DNA from: Limnochordia bacterium
GTDB lineage: Bacteria; Bacillota; Limnochordia; DTU080
Direction: 5' to 3'
Length of the DNA: 64,000 nucleotides
Assembly (NCBI GenBank): GCA_050951545.1
Contig: JBMNJG010000011.1
Coordinates: 32,001-96,000 of the forward strand
The stretch's first letter is position 1. The number at the start of each line of letters is the position of its first letter. The notes below the pieces were generated by a model. That model was given only the letters and a program-made list of their open reading frames with translations. It was not told the DNA's origin and did no database searches. The position numbers and the translations under genes were made by a program. Shown here one piece after another: positions 9,989-19,921 of the stretch.

Positions 9989-12100
9989 ATGCGAGCTGGA
10001 CGGGGGTGTAGGGCTTTGCGGCAGCTATGGCGTTCAGGCTTTGGACGTGATATATCGGTTGTTCTTCTGGTCACTATTGTTGTTGGTAGTCTAACCGCTA
10101 GCGGTCTCTCCATAGCTGCTGACAGGTATTTCACTGCCAGTGTCAATCATTTGGTTGGCGACTATGGAGAGTATGATCTTATTGTGCATGTGCGGGAGGA
10201 AACGCAAGAGGCCTTCAACAAGACCCTCCGTCCTGTGATCGATAAGCGTATTCCGGGCTCGCGCGTGAAACGCGGCCCCAACGTGGCCGGCAAGGCCAAC
10301 TTCTTTGTGGCTGTAGCTGACAAACACAAATCGCGTCACGTTTTCGAGAACTTGGGCAAGTGGATGTCAGATCTGCCTGGCTATGCAGGGGTGACGTTCA
10401 TCACTGAACCAAGCGTAGTCATGCGTAACGTGCATTCAGGTGTACGTGAGACTTTCACAAACGAGCTTACAGCCATGGAGGGTGTGCGTTTCGTCTTCCG
10501 CGACGGGGGTAGTCTCGTAGCCATCGTCGATTCCCCAGGCCGAGCGGAAGAGATCTACAAAGCGGCTCGCGAGCTGGCGGCGCGGCATTCGATTCTTGAA
10601 GTACGTTTTCCTTTCGAATATCAGGCGGCTGCTAGTTTTGACCAAACCGCGACTGATGTGGAGAAGGCCCTGCAGGGCATGTGGGGCAGAAGTGCCGTCC
10701 GTGACGTGAGTGTAGCAGATCAGCCAGACGAGATGGATTCGTTTGTGGCAGCACTACGTGAGATGAAGCGATTCCTGCTGAGTTACGCCACGCAAGCTGA
10801 AGTGCGGCTGGCAGGTACGAGCGCTGTAGGGGTGAATGATGTCTTGGAGCTTGCTGAGACAGCATCCTCTACCAATAGAGCCGTCATGCGAGTGACAAAT
10901 GTAACGGGAGATCTGGCGCGGGGTTACGTTGAGAGTGGTGACGCTACCCCCTTTTTGGCTAAAGGGGCGGAGGCGTATGTGCGGGCTACGAGTGAACGCC
11001 GCAGTGTCGGATGGGCGGTACTGACCAATGAGCGTTTGCAGCTCGTGGAGGCTATCGACACGAGTCTCAAGCTTCTGGGTCAATTGCAGGCACTCGCCGA
11101 TGATGCGCAGGGCGCTGTACAGAATGCCGAGACAGTCTTGACCACCTTTGAGGCGGCCCTTGTGCAACTCGATGAGGTACAAGAGCAGGTCCGTCAGATC
11201 AACGAGGAGCTGACTACGAAGAGCAAGATCGATCCGGGCCAGATTCTCATGTCGGTTCTGCTTTCCGGTGTCGTCAAGAAGCTTCAACCGCAGGAGACGA
11301 AACCAGCGGATTTGGAGACTGTCGACGTGCCTGGTATGCAGGTAGCATTGCAGCAAATGTCAGATCGTCTGACGGCGATAGCTGCCCTAGACGTGGCGAC
11401 CATCGTGCGGGAGGTTCGTCGTGTACGTGATAACCTACCGCAGCTTAGCGATGAGGAAATCGGGGACTCATTGCGGCTAATCGACAGATACCTAGAAGGT
11501 CAAGTTGTGCCGGGTGATCGTCTGCAGTATGTGGTGCGGCAGCAGGTAGACGCTGAACAGAGCGCAGCTCTGATACGAGGCGTGTTGAAGCGCTCTGACG
11601 TGGCGCTTTTCACGTCGCCAGCGGCACTAGTCAATCCCGATGCGAGAGCGACTCTGTTTGGCGTGTTAGGTCAAGTGCGACGAACGATAGCCGGGATCGT
11701 AGCGCTCGTTCTTGCTCTCTTTGCGCTAATCGCGGACCAGGCTACCATCTTCTCTGCGGCACGAGTGTTACAGCAGGCCAGTGGGCGCAAACGTCGCTGT
11801 CTCGATGCTGAGGACGCCTATGCGGCGCTGATCGGCCTGGTTCTGCTGGCTGGCATCTATGCGAGTAGTCGGGCCGCCATTCCGGGAATGACCTTGTGGC
11901 GCATGCTACCAGTCGGGGCGCTCCTAGGCTTTGGTGTCGGCAGGCTGTCGCGACGGATCAGTCCAGTCGATGCAGATGAAGTGGTAGCTGCTGAGGCGCT
12001 GGGGCTAGATGCTGCGCAGCTGATGCGTGAGATTGTGGTGCCTGCGAGTCGTCCTGGACTCCTGTGGTTACTGAATCGACCGCAGCAGGTCTTTCGTTGA
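9989..12100 (+). CDS. Uncharacterised ABC membrane protein with large periplasmic domain
   Basis: N-terminal TM, about 520-aa soluble region with coiled coil, 3 C-terminal TMs then EAA-like motif (EVVAAEALGLDAAQLMREIVVP); start uncertain. Confidence 0.7.
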   Translation: MRAGRGCRALRQLWRSGFGRDISVVLLVTIVVGSLTASGLSIAADRYFTASVNHLVGDYGEYDLIVHVREETQEAFNKTLRPVIDKRIPGSRVKRGPNVAGKANFFVAVADKHKSRHVFENLGKWMSDLPGYAGVTFITEPSVVMRNVHSGVRETFTNELTAMEGVRFVFRDGGSLVAIVDSPGRAEEIYKAARELAARHSILEVRFPFEYQAAASFDQTATDVEKALQGMWGRSAVRDVSVADQPDEMDSFVAALREMKRFLLSYATQAEVRLAGTSAVGVNDVLELAETASSTNRAVMRVTNVTGDLARGYVESGDATPFLAKGAEAYVRATSERRSVGWAVLTNERLQLVEAIDTSLKLLGQLQALADDAQGAVQNAETVLTTFEAALVQLDEVQEQVRQINEELTTKSKIDPGQILMSVLLSGVVKKLQPQETKPADLETVDVPGMQVALQQMSDRLTAIAALDVATIVREVRRVRDNLPQLSDEEIGDSLRLIDRYLEGQVVPGDRLQYVVRQQVDAEQSAALIRGVLKRSDVALFTSPAALVNPDARATLFGVLGQVRRTIAGIVALVLALFALIADQATIFSAARVLQQASGRKRRCLDAEDAYAALIGLVLLAGIYASSRAAIPGMTLWRMLPVGALLGFGVGRLSRRISPVDADEVVAAEALGLDAAQLMREIVVPASRPGLLWLLNRPQQVFR

Positions 12101-12135
12101 GCCATGTCTTGAGAATCCGCGTCTAATCCCTGGCG

Positions 12136-13059
12136 ATGATGCAGAGTAGAATGATGCGCAGGAGGGTGAAGCCAGTGTTGCAGGTGTATGATCTCCGCAA
12201 GGAATACGGTAATGAGGCAGCCTTGGTTGGCGTCACGCTCTCCGTCGCACGTGGTGAGACAGTGGTACTCATGGGCCCCAGTGGCTGCGGAAAATCCACT
12301 CTCCTGCGGTGCATAAACAGGCTCGTAGAGCCCGATGCAGGCGAGATCTGGTTTGAAGGTCAGTCAGTACGCGACATGAACGACGAGCAGCTGCAGGTCT
12401 ACCGCCGCCGCTTGGGTTTCGTGTTTCAGCATTTCAACCTGATCACCCGTTTGTCTGTATTGGAGAACGTGGCTCTAGGGCTGATCATGGCTGGCGCCCA
12501 GCGAGAGGTCGCCCTGCAGGCGGCAGAGGTAGCTCTGGAGAAAGTAGAGATCGGTCGTGTATTGCACCATAGGGTCCCTTCGGCTTTGAGCGGAGGGCAG
12601 CGCCAGCGGGTGGGGATTGCCAGGGCCATTGTCGCCCAACCCGATCTGATGCTATGGGACGAGCCGACGGCCTCCCTAGACCCTATTTTGGTGCAAGAGG
12701 TTCTGGCAGTCATGGAAGAGCTGGTGGTCTGCACTGGGGCTGGAATGCTCATTGTCACCCACGAATTGCCTTTTGCTCTTCGCCTGGCTGATCGGTTGGT
12801 GATCATGGAACAGGGCCGCATTGTGGAGCAAGGCGCTCCTCAGGCGGTTCTCACTGCACCAGTGTCCGAAGTGGGCGCGGGCTATCACCGACTCTGGCAG
12901 GCGCGCTATCTTGAGGGAGGCGGCCACAAGCAGGCGTATCGACACCGTACGGGTCACTCGCTACAAGTGGCGGCAGGATCGCCACTGAGCGTGCAGAAGA
13001 AGTGGGCGGCTGGACCTCAGGTTGGCAGGCGGCATGCGCCTGTCGAGATCGGGACATAG
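12136..13059 (+). CDS. ABC transporter ATP-binding protein (GlnQ/MetN-like)
   Basis: GPSGCGKST, VFQHFNL, LSGGQRQRVGIARA, DEPTASLDP, VTHE; true start may be GTG 12166. Confidence 0.9.
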   Translation: MMQSRMMRRRVKPVLQVYDLRKEYGNEAALVGVTLSVARGETVVLMGPSGCGKSTLLRCINRLVEPDAGEIWFEGQSVRDMNDEQLQVYRRRLGFVFQHFNLITRLSVLENVALGLIMAGAQREVALQAAEVALEKVEIGRVLHHRVPSALSGGQRQRVGIARAIVAQPDLMLWDEPTASLDPILVQEVLAVMEELVVCTGAGMLIVTHELPFALRLADRLVIMEQGRIVEQGAPQAVLTAPVSEVGAGYHRLWQARYLEGGGHKQAYRHRTGHSLQVAAGSPLSVQKKWAAGPQVGRRHAPVEIGT

Positions 13060-13090
13060 GCGGGAGTGTAATCACAGGAGGGCGAACTGC

Positions 13091-13963
13091 TTGGATTGGC
13101 AGCAGACGATCAGGCAACCCTTCAGCGTAGAAGGCGTAGGTGTGCATTCTGGCACAGTGTGCAGGCTGGGTTTTCATCCAGCGCCAGCTGGTTCAGGTGT
13201 TGTGTTTCAGCGTATCGACCTGCCTGGTCGGCCATTAATTCCGGCACATATCGGGAATGTCGACAGCAGTCTACGCTGCACGCGTATCGCCAAGGGGAGA
13301 GCTTCAGCATCTACCGTGGAGCATGTCATGGCGGCTTTGTATGGTATGGGCGTTGACAACTGCCACCTTACATTGGACGGTCCGGAAATCCCTATCGTCG
13401 ACGGAAGTGCAGCGACCTTTTCGCGCGAGCTGAAGGCGGCCGGGGTCGTGGAACAGATGCTCCCCCGCCAGTACATCGAGCTAATGCAGCCTCTCTGGGT
13501 TAGCGATGCTGACCGTCATATGGTGGCTCTTCCCAGCGATAGGTTGCGCGTCAGCTTCACTTTTACCAACGACAAAAGACACCCAGCACTGTCGGATCAA
13601 TATGCAGAGTTTGACGTGACCCCGGAGGTCTTTGAGGAGGAGATTGCCCCAGCGCGCACCATGGGATGGCTTGCAGAGGTGGAGGCTTTGCGTCGCCAAG
13701 GGCTGATTCAAGGCGGCAGCAGCGATATTGCTGTTGTTATTGGGGAAGAATCTATTCTGACACCACTGCGCTATCCCAACGAGCTCGTGAGACATAAGAT
13801 CTTGGATACGATCGGGGATCTAGCGTTGGTAGGCCGCCTGCATGCCCATGTGATATGCATTCGCAGTGGGCACGAGATGAATGCATTGCTGGGGCGAGCT
13901 ATCCAGCGGGCAATGCGTCCCGAAGATTCGTGTGTCTCACTGGCGCCGAAAGGGAGCGTGTAG
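13091..13963 (+). CDS. lpxC: UDP-3-O-acyl-GlcNAc deacetylase
   Basis: QQTI, GVGVHSG, TVEHVMAAL, EIPIVDGSA, HKILDTIGDL, SGH; TTG after AGGAGG. Confidence 0.96.
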   Translation: MDWQQTIRQPFSVEGVGVHSGTVCRLGFHPAPAGSGVVFQRIDLPGRPLIPAHIGNVDSSLRCTRIAKGRASASTVEHVMAALYGMGVDNCHLTLDGPEIPIVDGSAATFSRELKAAGVVEQMLPRQYIELMQPLWVSDADRHMVALPSDRLRVSFTFTNDKRHPALSDQYAEFDVTPEVFEEEIAPARTMGWLAEVEALRRQGLIQGGSSDIAVVIGEESILTPLRYPNELVRHKILDTIGDLALVGRLHAHVICIRSGHEMNALLGRAIQRAMRPEDSCVSLAPKGSV

Positions 13964-13979
13964 AGAGGAAGATCTCCGA

Positions 13980-14969
13980 ATGAAAGCTATTCTGCCGGTG
14001 GCGGGCATGGGCACTCGTCTACGTCCGCTTACCCATACCACCCCAAAGGCTCTGGTGCATGTCGCTGGGAAACCGATCCTGGGACACATTCTTGATGCTC
14101 TAGTGCCCTTGGGGATCGATGAAGTTGTGCTTATCGTGGGGCATCTCGGTGAGCAGATTGTCCGTTATGTGCAGTCCGCTTACCCCATTCGGGTTCGGTG
14201 CGTGGAGCAGCCTGAACGCCGCGGTTTGGGGCATGCGGTCTTCTTGGCGAAGGAGGCCTTCAGCGAGGATGAGCCCACACTTATTGTGTTGGGCGACACT
14301 ATCTTCAGCGCGGATCTTGGCAGTGTTCTGGCTGCGGGAGAAAGCGCCATCGGTGTTCATGAGGTGGAGGATCCCACGCGCTTCGGGGTTGTGGAGCTGC
14401 ACGGGTCACGTATCCGTCGCCTCGTGGAGAAGCCCGCTGTTCCGCCGAGCAACTTGGCTATCGTGGGTGTCTACTACCTGGCAAGTAGTAGAAGGCTTTT
14501 CTCGGCCTTGCAGGAGATCATCGATCGAGACATCAAAGTCAAAGGTGAGTACCAGCTTACTGATGCGCTACAACTGCTTATCGAGCGTGGTGAGAAGATA
14601 AGCAGCTTTCCAGTACCAGATTGGCTGGACTGCGGCAATCCGGAGACGCTGTTGGGCAGCAATCGCTTGCTGCTTGACAAACAGAACGGCAATGGTGAAT
14701 TGAAACCAACTCAGGAGTGCATCATTGTTCCCCCCGTATCGATTGCACCATCTGCGAAGATCACCCAGTCGATCATTGGCCCCTATGTCAGCATTGCTGA
14801 GGGTGTTGAGGTACATCAGTGTATCATCCGCAACAGCATCGTCAATCGCGAGGCGCATGTGGCCAACGTTCTTCTCAGCGATTCGATCATCGGGGAACGA
14901 GCGGCTGTCGGAGGCACCTACACACAGGTAAATGTAGGAGATTCCTCTGATATTCGAGTGGCGGGCTGA
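13980..14969 (+). CDS. Sugar-phosphate nucleotidyltransferase (RmlA-like long form)
   Basis: AGMGTRLRPLTHTTPK, EKP, GEYQLTDAL, WLDCG, C-terminal hexapeptide repeats. Confidence 0.9.
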   Translation: MKAILPVAGMGTRLRPLTHTTPKALVHVAGKPILGHILDALVPLGIDEVVLIVGHLGEQIVRYVQSAYPIRVRCVEQPERRGLGHAVFLAKEAFSEDEPTLIVLGDTIFSADLGSVLAAGESAIGVHEVEDPTRFGVVELHGSRIRRLVEKPAVPPSNLAIVGVYYLASSRRLFSALQEIIDRDIKVKGEYQLTDALQLLIERGEKISSFPVPDWLDCGNPETLLGSNRLLLDKQNGNGELKPTQECIIVPPVSIAPSAKITQSIIGPYVSIAEGVEVHQCIIRNSIVNREAHVANVLLSDSIIGERAAVGGTYTQVNVGDSSDIRVAG

Positions 14970-15001
14970 GCAGTATCTTCCTGAGGTGCCAATGGCTTGC
15001 C

Positions 15002-15031
15002 TTGACAGGCTGTTTGGCTAGGCATTACAAT
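15002..15031 (+). promoter_or_regulatory. Internal sigma-A/70 promoter upstream of fabZ
   Basis: TTGACA-18-TACAAT followed by AAGGAGG RBS. Confidence 0.7.
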
Positions 15032-15055
15032 GACCTTCAAAAGGAGGTGTGCCCT

Positions 15056-15496
15056 GTGATTTTCGACATCAGTGCCATTCGTAGGTTTCTGCCACATCGC
15101 TATCCGATGCTACTGATCGATCGGGTTTTGGAGTGGGAACCCGTGACACGTGCTGTGGCATTGAAAAACGTCTCAATTAACGAACCATTCTTCTCAGGGC
15201 ACTACCCCGATTCACCCATCATGCCAGGGGTGCTGATTGTTGAAGCCATGGCTCAAACTGGCGGCATCGCGATGCTGACAGGCGATGAGAGTTCTGCTCT
15301 GCCGATTCTCGCTGGGATTGATGCAGCTCGTTTCCGCAAGCTAGTCGTGCCCGGAGATCAATTGCGCCTTGAGGCCACGGTGATCCGCGGCGGGAGTCGG
15401 ATGGGGAAAGTGTCTGTTGCTGCCACTGTGGATGATGGACTTGTGGCCCAGGCTCAGCTTCTGTTCACTTACATGGAGAACCCTCTCCACTCATGA
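15056..15496 (+). CDS. fabZ: 3-hydroxyacyl-ACP dehydratase
   Basis: LPHRYPMLLIDRV, NEPFFSGHYP, PGVLIVEAMAQ. Confidence 0.96.
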   Translation: MIFDISAIRRFLPHRYPMLLIDRVLEWEPVTRAVALKNVSINEPFFSGHYPDSPIMPGVLIVEAMAQTGGIAMLTGDESSALPILAGIDAARFRKLVVPGDQLRLEATVIRGGSRMGKVSVAATVDDGLVAQAQLLFTYMENPLHS

Positions 15497-15655
15497 CCGA
15501 CAAATAACAGGTTGTTTCCAGTGTTTTCGGTAACAATGCTCTATCCATATGCTCAGTGATCTTGTATAGTCGCGGGTTGGGTATTCATAACCCGATTAGT
15601 AGAGGATGTCTTTGAAAGGGAGGAAGTTACCGGAATCGTCCGGTGACGCCGTGGA

Positions 15656-16477
15656 ATGAGCTCTGCCGAGCGCAAGGTGGACACTAAAGTCATACCGCTT
15701 CATACTCGAATCCATCCCAGTGCCATAGTCCACTCGAAGGCGCAGGTAGGGGCAGGGGTGGAAATCGGGCCTTTTTCGATAGTTGGGGAGAACGTAGAGA
15801 TTGGCGACGGAACGGTAATAGGTGCTCAGTGCGTGGTCGATGGGTGGACGAAGATCGGACGAGAGAACAAGATCTATACGGGAGCAGTGGTGGGTAGCGA
15901 GCCACAGGATCTCAAGTTTCGCGGTGAGAAGACCTACCTGTCCATCGGTGATAATAACATCATAAGAGAGTATGCTACCATCAGTCGGGGTACTGAAGGC
16001 GGAGGCGGAGAGACACGCATTGGCAACGATAATCTCGTGATGTCGTATGTGCACGTAGGACATGACGTGCAACTGGGCAACCATTGCGTCATCGCCCACG
16101 CAGCCGGTATCGCGGGGCATGTTACCATTGAGGATCGCGTGGTTCTTGGGGGTATCGTAGGCGTACACCAGTTCACCAAGATCGGTCGAATGGCCATGGT
16201 TGGTGCGCACTCTATGGTCACCAAGGACGTTCCACCCTACACGTTGGTGGACGGCGACCCAGCGAGGGTCTATGGGATAAACATCGTAGGCCTGCGCCGC
16301 AACGGATTGTCACCCGAGACACGCATGGAGATTCAGCGGGCCTATAAGATTCTCTACCGGTCGGGCTTGAATATCTCGCAGGCGATAGAGCATATGGAGA
16401 GGGAGTTAGCAGGGAGTGAGGAAATTGATCACTTTCTGCGCTTCCTACGCAGTGCCGATCGCGGTATCTGTCGCTAG
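15656..16477 (+). CDS. lpxA: UDP-GlcNAc acyltransferase
   Basis: IHPSAIV, PQDLKF, IREYATISRGT, HVGHD, VHQF, GINIVGLRR. Confidence 0.96.
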   Translation: MSSAERKVDTKVIPLHTRIHPSAIVHSKAQVGAGVEIGPFSIVGENVEIGDGTVIGAQCVVDGWTKIGRENKIYTGAVVGSEPQDLKFRGEKTYLSIGDNNIIREYATISRGTEGGGGETRIGNDNLVMSYVHVGHDVQLGNHCVIAHAAGIAGHVTIEDRVVLGGIVGVHQFTKIGRMAMVGAHSMVTKDVPPYTLVDGDPARVYGINIVGLRRNGLSPETRMEIQRAYKILYRSGLNISQAIEHMERELAGSEEIDHFLRFLRSADRGICR

Positions 16478-16596
16478 AGCGGAGGCGTATGCAGCACCTA
16501 GACAGTCTTCTGTGGGAAGCGTCTAGCGGGCCAGGTGTTTGCTTCTGCAGGCACCTGGGTTTTTATGCTGATCTTTGGTCAAGGAGGCTGAGCACT

Positions 16597-17424
16597 TTGG
16601 CCGATCGGATTGGGATATTGGCTGGCCATGGCCGCCTACCTGTGTGTTTTGCTGCAGAGGCTAGGAAGCAAGGGCTGGAGACGGTAGCAATCGAGCTAGC
16701 TCCTGGTGCCGATCCCGAGCTCACCACACTCGTAGAGCATCTGTACCCGGTGTCCATGGGATGCTGGCAAGAGGTAATAGACACATTGCACGAGCTTCAG
16801 GTGAGAGAACTCTATCTGTTGGGCAAGGTAGACAAGCGTTTTCTGTTTAGCGGTGCACAGATGGATGCTCGCTTCTTGCGCCTGGTTGCGTCTTTACCCG
16901 AGAGAAACGATGACAGTGTGATTCTCGCCTTTGTGGCTGATCTGGAGCGAGAGGGTTTCGCAATCGGTGACCAACGCTATCTTTTGAGTGATCTCTTGGC
17001 CGGAAGCGGCCCTCTATCTCAGCGTCATCCTACGCCCCAGGAGTGGAGTGACATTGCCTTTGGCTTCCGCATGGCCAAGGGCGTCGCTGGGTTGGACATC
17101 GGTCAAACCGTGGTGGTGAAAGCTGGCGCCGTTCTGGCTGTCGAGGCCATCGAAGGTACCGACGAGTGCATCATGAGAGGCAGTGCGCTAGGAGAGCAGG
17201 ATGTCGTTGTGGTGAAAGTAGCCAAACCGCATCAGGACCTGCGTTTTGATGTGCCGACGGTCGGGGTCAACACTATAGCCACCTTAGCGAAGGCTCGAGC
17301 GCGGGTGTTCGCCTTTGAAGCAGATACTACCTTTGTGATGGATCGGGCCGAGACTGTAGCCTTGGCTGATCGATACGGCATATCCTTGTTTGGATATGCA
17401 GACGAAGGAAGTGCTTCTCGATAG
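16597..17424 (+). CDS. lpxI: UDP-2,3-diacylglucosamine diphosphatase LpxI
   Basis: IGILAGHGRLP, LDIGQTVVV, AVEAIEGTD, KPHQDLRFDVPTVG; between lpxA and lpxB. Confidence 0.93.
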   Translation: MADRIGILAGHGRLPVCFAAEARKQGLETVAIELAPGADPELTTLVEHLYPVSMGCWQEVIDTLHELQVRELYLLGKVDKRFLFSGAQMDARFLRLVASLPERNDDSVILAFVADLEREGFAIGDQRYLLSDLLAGSGPLSQRHPTPQEWSDIAFGFRMAKGVAGLDIGQTVVVKAGAVLAVEAIEGTDECIMRGSALGEQDVVVVKVAKPHQDLRFDVPTVGVNTIATLAKARARVFAFEADTTFVMDRAETVALADRYGISLFGYADEGSASR

Positions 17425-17448
17425 GCGCAGCGGACGGAGGGTGATCGT

Positions 17449-18654
17449 GTGAAGGTCATGATGGTGGCGGGCGAAGCATCTGGTGATATGCACGGTGCGC
17501 GCCTGGCTCGCGAGATCATGGCCATCGAGCCGACGGCTCGCTTGTTTGGTATGGGCGGAAGTCGCATGCGTCAAGCCGGGGTACGTCTGCTCTATGACCC
17601 GACGAGTATCAGTGCCCTTGGTTTCGTGGAAGTACTAAGGAATGTCCAGCTCTTGCGACGGGTTCTCTTGCGCCTGGGTCAGGTGATGGAGCGGCAGAAA
17701 CCCGATGTCCTCGTGGTGATCGACTTCCCTGATTTCAATATGCGTTTGGCAGAGATGGCCCGTGGACGGGAGATTCCCGTGGTCTACTATATTAGTCCAT
17801 CTGTCTGGGCGTGGCGTAAAGGCCGAGCGGAGAAGATTGGCCGCATAGTCAACTGCGTCTGCGCCGTCTTCCCTTTTGAGGTACAAGTATATCGTGAGGC
17901 GGGCGCGCCAGTCTGTTTTGTTGGGAATCCACTTGTGGATAGTGTGCGGGCGAGCGTCGGGCGTGAACGCTTGCTGTCAGAGTTAGGGCTTGATCCGCAG
18001 GCCCCCTTTTTCGCGCTGTTGCCCGGAAGTCGGGAGCAAGAGATTCGTGCTTTATTGGAACCGATGCTGAAGGCGGCAGCCCTTATCACGGACCAGATGC
18101 CGCGAGCCAATTTCGGTGTTGCTCAAGCCCATACTGTCTCGGGAAAGCTGGTGGAACGCCTGGCGCGGACCACGCGAGGGGTTAGCGTGACTGTTGTGGA
18201 AGACCGCACCTATGACGTGTTGGCCGCGGCCGATGCGGCGATTGTGGCCAGTGGCACTGCTACGCTCGAAGCAGCCCTGTTGGATACGCCGATGGTGATG
18301 GTCTACAAACTGGCCTCCAGTACCTACCATATCGCCAAGCTATTGGTGAAGACACCCTACGTGGCCCTGCCCAACGTTGTGGCCGGGCGGGCAGTGGTCA
18401 GGGAGCTGCTTCAGCATGAGGTTCAGCCAAATGCGATGGCTGCTGAGATTCTCTCTTTGTGGCATGATCAAGAGCGCAGAGAACAGATGCGCAGTGATTT
18501 GGCTGAGGTGCGGCGCCGTCTTGGCAAACCGGGGGCAGTAGCTAGGGCGGCCCAGGTCGTCATGTCTGTGGCCCGGGGCCAGGATTTCGCGCCGCACTGC
18601 TTGGAGCTCAACGCGGAGGCGGATGACCATGGACGTTGTTTTGACCGCGAATAG
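17449..18654 (+). CDS. lpxB: Lipid-A-disaccharide synthase
   Basis: AGEASGDMHG, IDFPDFN, SPSVWAWR, LLPGSR, SGTATLE, LPN. Confidence 0.96.
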   Translation: MKVMMVAGEASGDMHGARLAREIMAIEPTARLFGMGGSRMRQAGVRLLYDPTSISALGFVEVLRNVQLLRRVLLRLGQVMERQKPDVLVVIDFPDFNMRLAEMARGREIPVVYYISPSVWAWRKGRAEKIGRIVNCVCAVFPFEVQVYREAGAPVCFVGNPLVDSVRASVGRERLLSELGLDPQAPFFALLPGSREQEIRALLEPMLKAAALITDQMPRANFGVAQAHTVSGKLVERLARTTRGVSVTVVEDRTYDVLAAADAAIVASGTATLEAALLDTPMVMVYKLASSTYHIAKLLVKTPYVALPNVVAGRAVVRELLQHEVQPNAMAAEILSLWHDQERREQMRSDLAEVRRRLGKPGAVARAAQVVMSVARGQDFAPHCLELNAEADDHGRCFDRE

Positions 18655-19906
18655 CCCCGGTGAGGTAGCGGCCTGGTTAGCCCCTGCAGTCGAGGGCTTG
18701 CGTCGAGTGGCGCCACACTGCACCATCTCCGTATTCGTTCCTCCGTGTACCTTTGCCAGTGGTGCCGAGTGCGCGGTAGTGGCAGCTATGGTCGGGGTGG
18801 ACGGCGTCTACGGGCCGCGGGAGTTTGTCAAGTTTGTGCTGTGGGGAGCTCGTCCGGAAGGTTTCCGCCCAGGTAGCATCGGTGCGGTCTGTTTTCTGGG
18901 AGGCGACCTTCTCTCCGCAGTTCTGCTAAGTCGTCGCCTAGGTCTGCCTGCTGTGGCCTACACGGAGGGGCGTGTCGGCTGGAACAAGAGCTATCGCAGG
19001 TTTTTTCTGCCTGATGAGAGGGCACGACGTCGAGCTCTACATAGGGGAGCATGTCCGGAGCAGTTGGAAGTGATCGGCGACCTCATGCAGGATGCCGTGC
19101 GGCCAATCTGTAATAGCAGGAGTGAGATTAGAGAACTCCTGGGCATTCCTGACAATCGGTTGGTAGTATCGCTATTTCCCGGCAGCCGGCCGTTTGAGCT
19201 GCGCTTCATGCTTCCCTTTTTTCTGCGAACAGCGGAGCGTCTGGTCCAGGAGACAGAGTTTCCCCCGTATTTCCTGTTGAGTGTGGCTCCTTTTGCTGAT
19301 GATGAAGCGTTTGCTCACGCGGTGAAGGAGGGCGCCAACTCGCGGATGCAGATCACGGCCATGGAGCCGTCAGCCTGTGGACCAGCTACATCAGCTTGGT
19401 GGCTGAACAGTGGCACAGTGAGTGTAGCGGCGTACAAGGGAATGCAGTATGACATCATGCTGGCCAGTGACTTGGCGCTCACTGTTCCTGGCAGCAATAC
19501 GGCGGAGATGGCTTTTCTCGGGCTACCGATGGTGGTGGTGCTGCCTCTCAACCGGGCGGAAGAGATACCTCTGGAGGGCATTTCCGGGCTGATCGGTCGC
19601 CTACCGCTCGTGGGCAGGCTTCTGAAACGGGCTGCTGTGCTGGCGGCGGCAGAACGGGTAGAGTTCGCGGCGTTGCCCAATCGCAAGGCTGGAAGGCTGT
19701 TGGTTCCCGAGGTGCGGGGGCACATTGATCCGGAAGACGTGCTCGCTCCTGCCGTGGCTCTGCTGTGTGAGCCAGAGAGAAGACAGGAGCTTGGCCAGCA
19801 GCTCCGGGAGGCGATGGGGCAGGCGGGGGCATCTGATCGGCTGGCTGAGGCCATCGTAGCTGTGGCGAGCGAATCGCGCAGGGAAAGAGTAAAGAGTAGT
19901 CCTTAG
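18629..19906 (+). CDS. LpxB-like GT-B glycosyltransferase (paralog 2)
   Basis: ANSPGEV, LFPGSR, TVPGSNTAE, ALPN motifs; divergent N-terminal domain. Confidence 0.8.
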   Translation: MDVVLTANSPGEVAAWLAPAVEGLRRVAPHCTISVFVPPCTFASGAECAVVAAMVGVDGVYGPREFVKFVLWGARPEGFRPGSIGAVCFLGGDLLSAVLLSRRLGLPAVAYTEGRVGWNKSYRRFFLPDERARRRALHRGACPEQLEVIGDLMQDAVRPICNSRSEIRELLGIPDNRLVVSLFPGSRPFELRFMLPFFLRTAERLVQETEFPPYFLLSVAPFADDEAFAHAVKEGANSRMQITAMEPSACGPATSAWWLNSGTVSVAAYKGMQYDIMLASDLALTVPGSNTAEMAFLGLPMVVVLPLNRAEEIPLEGISGLIGRLPLVGRLLKRAAVLAAAERVEFAALPNRKAGRLLVPEVRGHIDPEDVLAPAVALLCEPERRQELGQQLREAMGQAGASDRLAEAIVAVASESRRERVKSSP

Positions 19907-19921
19907 CGGGGAGGCATTGTT

